DNA from: Phoronis australis
Lineage: Eukaryota; Animalia; Phoronida
Length of the DNA stretch: 64,000 bases
Assembly (NCBI GenBank): GCA_002633005.1
Contig: NMRA01000208.1
Coordinates: 633,311 to 697,310, forward strand
Direction: 5' to 3'
Shown: positions 14,581 through 25,000 of the stretch, in pieces
Position numbering within the stretch: the stretch's first letter is position 1
Layout: every line of letters starts with the position of its first letter
Program-made: the position numbers and the translations under genes
Notes under the pieces: model-generated
Told to the model about the DNA's origin: nothing
The model's input: the letters and a program-made list of their open reading frames with translations, nothing else
Database searches by the model: none

Positions 14581-15763
14581 ACAAACAAATATTCCAGCAA
14601 TTATTTTTTTCAAAGTCCTTTGCTAAGATGCCCAAATCGTCATCTGGCCATGTTTACTCTACTCGCGGCAGGGGGCGCCATGATGCCATGCTCCCTGGCT
14701 CAAGGAGTGTGAAAATGGCCAGATGATGACTTGGGCAACTGAACAAAGGACTGTTAAAAAATTGATTGCGGCAGTATTTGTTCGAACTGGGAAGAGTTAA
14801 AGACAACAACAGCCTCCTAATATGTCCATCTAGGTGCAAAAGGTACTTATAGCAACATGACTTTGGTGGTAAGGCATAACTCCCCAAAAAGCTTCCAGCA
14901 TATGGCAGCCTTACGGGACAGCCACCGCCTGCACTGGGGCCAGTTGACACAGTGGTACAGTCTAGTCCTAATGACGATTTTCTGTAAATTACGCTTAACA
15001 CTGGCTAAGCTCACGAAGTCACATCAATAAGTGAACCTTTCAAGTGTAGATGGACACCAATGGAGGCACCTTTTAGCTCTAACGCATGTTCCCGCAATCA
15101 ACATTTTCTCCCACTGGCCATTCGTTTATGATCAACAAAATCATGATCTGACCCATTTTCGTTTTTATCGTATTACTGAGGACGCCGTAGCATTTAAACT
15201 TAATCACTGACATTGATCATCTCTGGAGTGAGCCCATCACTAATGAGCTCGCTATGTGCTCAAAACTTGGCATAACTGGCAAAATGACGAATGAAGAGAC
15301 ATATTGGAAAGAAATGTTAAACAGTTAATTACTAATAATATGTTACAGATGGACAGACTCAAAGATATTGACGGCAAAAGGTGTCTGTTTGAACGTAATT
15401 GTTATAACCAGTGAGAGGCATAATTTGCCAAACAAAAAAAACTTCCGACGAATGGTGTTTCAGATGGCTAACGTCAGCCCCAGCTTGGTTGGTCCAGTTT
15501 AGACGGTTCAAACCCGACTTAACCAATCGGATACCATTAATAATCCACTGGTCACCGACCACCATAGCAAAGACGTCTTATGCCTCGTACACCATTTTAC
15601 GCACTGCAAAAACAGACTTACTGCTAGCAATGAACTGCCTGTCTCATTCACGGGAGTTTATCGTGTAGTTTTGAGAGGTAACCTAGGTAAACAGATTGAG
15701 ACCAGGCTGCTGTGGTCTTGGCTGTCTTGTCCAAAACTGAGGAAATGTTTGCAGACTACTCAC

Positions 15764-16009
15764 CAGAGACATCTGGTGGCAATCAAAATTGCAGGTCACT
15801 GTAGAGAAGAACAGACACACACGAATATTTGTAAGACGTTTATGGTTTGAATTTTTATGTTTTTCGATGTCTGTTCGATTATTAATATATTTTCTACGAG
15901 GCTGATTGTTTTTTTATAATCTATGCGCTGATCTTTTATTTCTTCGTTCAGTTTGTGCTTCGTAAAATAAATCATGTGACTAGAACAAAATGGCGGCAGT
16001 TTCTGACAG
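15764..16009. promoter_or_regulatory. Head-to-head SLC30A9/GRTP1 promoter region
   Basis: Minus-strand 35-nt exon 15764-15798 with strong acceptor and donor. GRTP1 ATG at 15990 sits in a YY1-like AAAATGGCGGC. An E-box TCATGTGAC lies at 15972-15980. Confidence 0.6.
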
Positions 16010-19000
16010 GTGGGTGGATGCAGAAGCTTCTTTCACACAATAGCCTGGAACGGCCCCTGTCTTTGATACTCCTCGAATATAGCGGTCCCAGATTTAGAAA
16101 ATTTTACAAAAAGTTACCAATCTGCCATTAATTGGGTCATGGGACTATGTTTTTTGTAAAATGTGTAAAAAAGAAGTGATTATTCATTAATAACATTCAC
16201 TGTGACTTTGTCATTTGACTTTGAGCAAAACAACATAACATGACCGAATTGAATTTGATATAAATGATCCAGATGAAATCTCAAAAACGCTGTTACAACT
16301 TTTTAAATTATTAGTTTTTTGTTCTACGCACCTTTTGATTTAAAATTTTTGTGAAAACAATAAAAGGCATATTTTGAATTGCCCCTCGTACAAAAGTGGA
16401 ACATTAGAGATCGAGCAGTGTATAAAGCATATTCTGAAAGTTTAATATGAATCGTACCAGTCCACTTATGAGATTCTTCCGAAATTAGCCGAATTTGGCC
16501 ATTTTTTTAGTGTCCACCTTCCTCAAGGTATGCATGCAAATCCCAGCTAGTAATCTTCAATAACATTATGTTGTCATGATGGACCATCCAGAGTTGGCAG
16601 GCAGCCAACTTTGGAGGTCAGAAGGCCACATGTCCTTCTACTCTATTATTCTTTATTGTGTTTTAATCTGACAGCCTCAAGATAAGAGTTACCTGAAAAA
16701 TTAAAAAATGTTTGATTTCATGTTTGCCCGATGTGGACAAAAACAGCTGCTTACTTTCGTAATAGCCGAGATTGCCCGACCTCGGGAATCGAACCAGCCA
16801 CCCCGATTTAACCAGTGAGCGTGCTAACCATTCAGCTAATAGGCAATTGCCCGTTAGCGAGTGGCTAACAGAGACTCATATATGATTCACCGGAAGCACT
16901 TTCACAACATTACATTTGAATTCCTTAAAAAAAATTGAGTGTAGAGCTTTTTTCTTCACAAAAATCGGCCAAGTTTGTAGGGAAATAGTAATTCATATCG
17001 ACAATTTGATTAGTCAATCCAATAGTCCCACTAACTGATGAGATGTTATTACCATGTTTTATTATACCCACACCTGGAGACCGGACAAAGGCCTTTTCAG
17101 ATTAGTATGAACAGTGTCTGCAGATTGTACTCCCTGAAGCCCCTCACTTCCCTTCTATGTCACAATAGTAATGACATACTACAGCCGTTGTTTCCACCGG
17201 GCTTGGAGTATCACTCAGTTCTATTTGTGTTGTAGTTGTGCCATGTATGGATTTCAAAGGTCCGATAGTTTTGACGGGCTGGCTCACGATGACTTTATGT
17301 CCAAGTATTTGAGGGTTCTTGCCAAACGAGCTAAAAAGTGGAAATCGCTAGTCGGTCACAAGAAGAATATATCGAAGTCTTTCATTGGTGAGTCACCTCA
17401 TGGAGAAGATATTCTGACATAAATGTAGTGTATAAACCCACCTTACATCCAAAAATGTTGCGATAGACCTCTGACTGGTCTCAGTGTGCTCCTTGCTCAA
17501 GTTAGAAGTGACTAACGGTGAGGTGAGGGCTGGCAGTTTGTCGGTGTGTGAGCCCAGGCTTGCTGCATTTGATCATGTCTCAGTCAATAACTGTCTGTCA
17601 GCTCTTGCCTAACCCTAAAATCACCTCTTGTTTGAATAAGGAACAGCTGTGAAGTTATTTCTCATCATCATTCTGGGCCTGGCTATTCAAATCCCATTGG
17701 GGATAATAAAACAATCTTCTTAGCCAGCACCATAAACTCTTTGTTAAGCTGTGTTTAGTTACACAGTTCAACTGGGACAGTTGTAATACTGAAAGCAGGG
17801 TTCACATAGAATTAGTTTCAGCGACCTTGCACGGAGTAGTAACCCTCTCCTAGCCCAAAATGTGAGTAAGGAATAAATTCAAAGACTAGTTTCATTGCAG
17901 TTAACAGTCTCACTGGAAGTCGGGTTTGTAGCTGGTTTAATTCTGTTATAAAATGGTATTTTACTGCTTGTAAAACTCACACAAGTTCCATCTTCTACTG
18001 CCTCTGACTGGTGTCAAGTACACTCTACTCATTCTTGTCTCAAAAATGTTAGTAACAGCCACCAATATAAAAAACGGAAATTTTGACTAAGTAATTTAAA
18101 TGTCTTTGTTTTCCAGTAAAAAAACATGTAAGAAAAGGTGTGCCATCTGAGCACCGTCCCATGGTAAGTTCATTTCTTATTCTGGGTTTGGCTTTTCACT
18201 GATCCACAGGCGTAAACCATTTGTTCATCTGTTTTGTTACACAGTCCAACTGGAACACTTGTATGACTAAGAGCAGGATTCACAAAAAACTACTTTCACT
18301 GACCTTGCTTGTCAGTTTCAAAAGGTTTATTGTATGTGGACAGCTCCCATGATTTACAACCATCCGAAAAATTCTAAGCCACTATACAGACTAGTGATAG
18401 CAGTTGAAACAACGAGATGAAAAAATACTTGAAAGCTTTATGAAAACCCAGAAACATTGCACTGCCCGTTGACCCAGTCTGTTGTATGTGGAGACCACTA
18501 AACTAATGAAAGGGACTTGTAATTGGCTCCAGATTTCAAGTCAGATCCTGGATTTTGGATTCTATTTGAAAACTTATTGTGAATTCAGTTAAAACTTCAC
18601 CGATTTTCAAAAATAAAGGATTCAACTGTGTTCATATTTCTTGCTGAAAACATTGTGAAGGTTATTTTCTTGAAATATTAGATTTAAAGCTTTTGTAAAT
18701 TAGGCCCAATGAAATGTTGGGACACAGTATGGCAGAAATTTCATTTTGTTAAATATTTCAACAAAAATAGCTTTTCAGGAAATTTTACTTTAGCATGATT
18801 TGTATGGTGTAGCATTTGCAACAATATGGTAAGCCTAAGAAAAATAGAACCAAGATTTTTGTTACAAATTCAAGCATTTTTACGGTGGTAACATTTTGTT
18901 ATTCTGCAGTGCTGGTGTTTTTGCTAGATTGGTCGTGATTATGTCACTGTGTTCATCTTCCTTTTTCAATGCAATGGTTTATCTAGCTACGCCTATAACG

Positions 19001-22000
19001 ATTATACTGTAGTAAAAAGGATTGTTGAAGTTATCATTCAAATGCTGACGTTTTGTTTGCAGGTGTGGATGTCCGTATCTGGTGCTCAGAAGAGAATGGA
19101 TGAAAATCCAGATTTGTATCATAAGTTATTGGGTGAGCCGAAAGATGAAGATGTAATGCATGCGATAAAAACAGGTAATTCTAAGAAACCATTGAAAAAA
19201 TCATAAAGTTCATTGAAAAACATTTCCCCAGAAGTGTTCATTGGTTCCAAGCCCGGCCAAGAGAACACAGTTGGTTCTGGTCTCTTGGTTTTTTGAAAAT
19301 CAAGTTGGTGATATGGTAATTTTTTATTTGCTCACTTTTTCAAAAAAAGAAAATCAATGCGAGACGAGGAAAAATTATACGGGGCTTTTTTCACCCATCG
19401 ATTTGCAAGTCATTTCATTTCAGACTTGTCTTAACTTTTCTGTTATGTCTTTGTGCAGCTATTCAGAGAAACACGACACACTGGCTGAAATGAATGCGAG
19501 TGCGTGTTATTTATAGTTGGGGTGCGTAGATATCAAGTGTGTTAGGATACAGACTAGAACCATCTATGATTTTTTGGTCTTACAGTCACGTCTGCTACAC
19601 TTTCAGGGACACTTACTTATTTAATACACAGGAATCACTCTCAATGATTTTCTTTTTAGTCAGTAATATTGTCTTAAGGTTACACAGGTGTTCAAAATCA
19701 CACAGGTGGGACCATCCATATCATCCCATTATTTGTGTGTTATGCGCTTCTATGGTTGTCTTGCCCTATGTACAGTCTGTGGCATTCTTCACTCTTGTAA
19801 CTCTAACTTGCAGTTTGTTTTGAGTTTGATAATATGTGCTTGTGCACTGCATTTACTGTTTTAAGTCTTGTTGTTCCAGAACTATTTTGATTTTTGCAGC
19901 AAAGTGCCCATAGTCTCTCATATGATGTAGTAAGTTTTCATTCATTGTGTCGTTTTTAGATCTGAACAGAACATTTCCAGCTAATGTTTACTTCAAGACA
20001 TCTCATCCTGATGGCAAACTCCGGTCTTTATTTAATGTTCTGTCAGCATTTGCATTGTTCAATCAAAGAATAGGATATTGTCAGGTATGGAGATTCTCTA
20101 CTGTTGTGCTCGATCACCATCTTATATCTTCAGTGGTAGTCCTTGTTTCAATTAATTTCCATTATATTGTCTTTGGAATTCTTTGTTTTACCGACCAAGT
20201 GGTAATGACTCGCGAAATAAACGATGGCACAGAAACAGTAACTGAGCTAGTACTAAGTTACGTTAATGGCGATCTTCTTAAGTTACTATGGACACTGCTC
20301 TCTAAATTCATGCAAGTGTCATAACTGATAAACTACTTAAATTGTTGTTTTGTCCATATACCATAGACTGATCCAGTCAAAGGGGGGTTAGGACACCCCT
20401 TTTTCCCTTGATTTTGGGTGATACCAAATCTAGAATTTTCAAATTGTTGACTTGCATCACCCTTTTTACGAAATGCTTGATCCGACCCCCTCTTTTAAAA
20501 AATCTTGGCTCCGCCCCTGATATACTGTTATACCATCAGGAAAAAGCAGCTTAACAACATCCTTAAACTGTTCTAAATGGTGTTGCTATACTTGATGTAT
20601 AGTAAAATTGAAACAGTTTATTAAATTCTTAAAGCAGATCGTGCTGGAAATCTGCTGAACTATTTCAGGGCCTGAATTACATTGCTGGACTGATGTTGCT
20701 GATCATTACAGATGAAGAAAGTGTTTTTTGGTTACTTGACACGTTGGTTACATATATTTTGCCAGGTAGTGTATTGTTGTTGTCAGTTTCCTGTGCTATC
20801 CTGAACCAGTGATTAACTGTTTTGTGTATGTTATTTCCATAATGCATTAAAAGTGTATTGTGGCATCATTATACCCAGATGTATTGTATATACATGTCTG
20901 TGCTCTCAAATAAATTCAGGCAAACTGCTTAACTTATGCTCCGACCCGCTTACCACCACTGCATTGTGTACCAATACAATAGGATTGTTTGTCAAGTTTA
21001 ATCAAACATGATTCTAGATCAGATTGTGATTGTAAATTTCGTGGTTTTAACAGTCCAGGGGAATGGTACGTAACTACCGTACTTAGAATTTTGCAGGTGG
21101 TTGTAAATCATGGACAGGTGTTCTTCATGCACAATTATAGACTTTTTGAAAATGACGTGCAAGATCAGAGAACCCTTCTCATAGTCAAACAACTAGTTGG
21201 CCCATGTAAGTAAACATAGGTTACCAAAGGGATTATGATCCTGACTGAAAAGATAATTGTTTTATTACCCCATATTGGTTTTAAATAGCCAATCCCAGAA
21301 TGTGGTACTTGCATCTTTGACAGTCACTAACTGTTAAATGATACAGCACCGGACCAGCAGAGGGACAATCTCAATAACCACACATTTCAACATTAAAAAT
21401 GTTGTTAAACTGATGCTTTGTGATTCACATCATGCCTGAATTTACTGCCAAATTCACTAGTCTGGGTACATGCATGATGGGCTGGGCTATTCAAAACCAA
21501 TAGCGGCTAATAAACCAATTTTTTTTTTCAGCTAGGACCACCAACCCTATTGTATGACTAAGAGCAGGGTTCACAAAGAGTCAATTTCAATGACCTTGCA
21601 TGTCAATTTCAAAAGGCCTATTCCCTGTGTGTGAATGGCTGCCATGTTTTACATCCATCCCCAAAATTCTAAAACTCTAAGCCTCTATGCAGACTAGTTA
21701 CCCTCTCCCGGCCCAAAATGTGTATTCTGTATGTCTTTTAGATCTGTATGCACCTGATATGGAGGGTCTGCAAGTTGAACAACAAGTGTTTGCTAAATTA
21801 GTTGAGTAAGTATCATGCATTTAAATGTTAATTTCTCTGGCTCACATTTTGATCATTATCATGAATGCCTATTACTCGCTTGGAATACGGTAGCCATTCA
21901 CATACCACAGCGCTCAAAATTTTCCTTGACCAGCTTCTGTTGTTTCAGAATTAGGGAACAGAAGTGGCTGGAAGTAAGCAATGGCCGCTGCCTGTTGTCA

Positions 22001-25000
22001 TGGCAACATACTTATGCAAACAGACCGTAAAAACTAAATCTGTCTTTCAAAATTCATAATTTTCATTTGAATGTGTTAACTACAACCTGAGATGAGTATC
22101 TAAGTTCATGCTGCAACAGCATTGCAAGTACTGCTGCTCCTTTGTTGATATGTCCCAACCAATATTGTGTAACTTGCCTGAGCAATGCAAGGGGGCGCTT
22201 ATCTGAGGGATCATATTGCTCGAAAAGAATGCTGCGATGACATTTGAACAGGGAATGCATCATGTAACGTGTATTCACAAATTTTTGTTATGAGGATGTC
22301 GTCAAAGTGGAAGTGACCACTTCTAATGAGTTTATTGATATATTCTCTACGAGAGAAGCTTTATAATCAAAGACCGTTGCCAAGCAACACAACACAATTA
22401 TCAAGTTGCGTGATATAATACGACCAATGCCCTTTTATAACGGTAACCCTCACAGTACAAAACTTCAGGAATTAGAGCAAAGGAAAACCCACCAAAGAAC
22501 CGCAGATGAAAGGCATTGGCTATTATGTTGGTGATGCCAAGAATTGTACGAAAAGAAAGTATATACTATTGTCTGTCCAGTGTGTTCATTATGGGTCTGT
22601 TTATCTAGAGAACGATGACATCAACAGCCTGAGGTGATGTAATTAATTACAACAGCATGGTGTCTTTGATGCTGGCAAATTTTGAGGTACGCAAACCGGT
22701 TGAGGGTGTCGATGTAGTATTCTTTCAGTGTAAGGAGCAATTTGTTAACTCTTTTTCACAATTAATTTCCTCAAAGAAGTCTTGGGACTTGAACTGTTTA
22801 AAAGTAATTTTGCAGACCATAACGGAAACGAAAAAAGGGTGCCAAAGATGTAGAGGACTCGAACCACATGATGTGATTTATCTTCAGAACTTCAGCGGGA
22901 TCAGGCTGATGAACGAGCTCAGAAAAAAGTTACCTGGAGTTGTTGCCACTCGACGGAGCGAAATGTTGGTCAAGGCCAAACTTACAAGACAATTTAAGTC
23001 TGTTTTACTTCCTCGGCAAATTTCAACTGGTTGGACCATTGGTGTTGGCCGCCTTCTTCGAGTACTTCAATTTAAATACCCTTTTTTGTCTGGCCATCTC
23101 CATGTGAAACTCCAAGGTGATGGGAGGTGTATTGGTGGGCGTCACAGCACCTACATTGGTTTGAGCTTATTAAATCACGAAATAATGCTAAACGGTCTGT
23201 CTTATCAAAGTCCAGTGTCTCTTCTATGAGAGTGATTCAAGAGATAATCTTGAGGAAAATATTGAAAACTTTCTCAATGGTATGCTGAATGAAGTTGATA
23301 GAACCACATTTTATTTAGGCGGCGATGAGATGTTTATCCAAAACATTTTGGATGGCAGCAGTGTTTTGTCACCTAGTAGCTATAGTGGATGGAACATTTA
23401 TCACGAAAGTTCAACTGATTCGAAACAAGATGTCGCCGACACTGGTCTTCGCACTGACCTTAGTGTATTACTTGACCGCAGTCACCCCGAGTCTTTGTTG
23501 TCCACCATTGCCTGTACTCTTCATGGTTTAGCCAGAATTGTTGAGAAGTTGCTGGTGCTTGAGATAGAAATTATTCTTGGCTATAAGAACAAAGTCGATC
23601 TATTCAGGTAAATGAAAGACTTACTAATTTGGAAAGCAATATTAACTTGCTTGGTGTCCGTCAAGGTAATTTCAAAATTTCATTTGATAAGTCTGGAAAG
23701 GCCGAACTAGTTTCTCTCAATAAAGACCATCTCCTGACAATAATTAGTCCAGCACCTCCTGATTGTGAGTCTTTGTATTCGCATGTGCTGCACAACGTGT
23801 GTAGCAATGCGCCAATGAAGAACACTTTAAGATCTAGTGTTAAGGACTATCTAACCTTACATGATGATATTACAGAGCTGCAGTGTGTGCAGATGATTTG
23901 GCACAGTCTGTATTGCATGTTTGAAGTTCTGCACAAAGAGCCTAGACATATTTTAAAAGAGCAATCTCCTGTTGGGTCTCTTAAAGCATCTGACTATACA
24001 TTTTTGTATTCCAAACAGCAGCTGCAATCATACAAATTCCATGCTGAACGGGTTTTATCAGTTTTTTTGCTTACGGTATTCAGCCAAAAGACTCGCGCCT
24101 TACATGCTGAAATTTGTAGATTGCGTGCCATACTTCTTGACAAATCTTGAATTCCCGATCTGTAGGTTTTCTACTGAAAGAGGAGAACACACAAATTATC
24201 GCCATAACATGTTTTATTACAACCACACGACACGAAATGGTGGAAATTCATCAGATGATCCACATTTTTCTATACTGTTGTCTCAGTGGAGGAAGTTGTA
24301 CTGCGACATTGCCAATGGAGACCCACAGGCATACAAAGCATTTAAAGTTTACATTGACAACCACAGTAAAACAAAGGCTACCCAAATAATTGTTTTTGTT
24401 CTGGAGCAAAGTATGCAAAAGTGGAATGTTGCTCACTCCAACTAATAATTCTGAATGATCGGCCAACGATGCAAAATTGCAAGCCATTTCATCACTCACA
24501 TCACAACAAATGTCTTTTTCTCGTGAAAGGAAGCTTCTTCATGGCAGGTCTTTCATTTTGTCTGGTAGTATTCCAAAGTTCAATAACCAAAAGTATTCAC
24601 ATGAACAGTTGAAGGAACTGATCGTTTCTAATGGTGGCAATGAGGTCAGGAAAGGCATGACTTAACTGGACTAAACGGGAAGTCGAAGAAAAGTTACATC
24701 GTTTTAGTGAACCTACCAAAGCCTCCTGTTGTCGTTGTTTGCGAAGCTGTTCATCGTGGACACACTGTTCTAAGTTTTCAGTTTCTCTATGATACCATCA
24801 TCAAATCTGAGGTACAGGATACACAAACATATGTACCTGAAGTAGTTGACAAGCTAACGAAAAAGTTCACATTTGCTCCCTCCCATTATAGACTCAATTC
24901 AAGCAAAAGAGCCAGACTGATTTCCTTGCTGAAAACAAGGAAACGAAGGAAGAGATGTTTAAAAACAAAGAAGACGCCCAGGAATGTACAATTGTTCTAT

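Noticed and set aside
16772-16845. Functional tRNA gene
   Set aside because: A and B boxes are present but the anticodon arm does not pair well, and it is part of a dispersed repeat.
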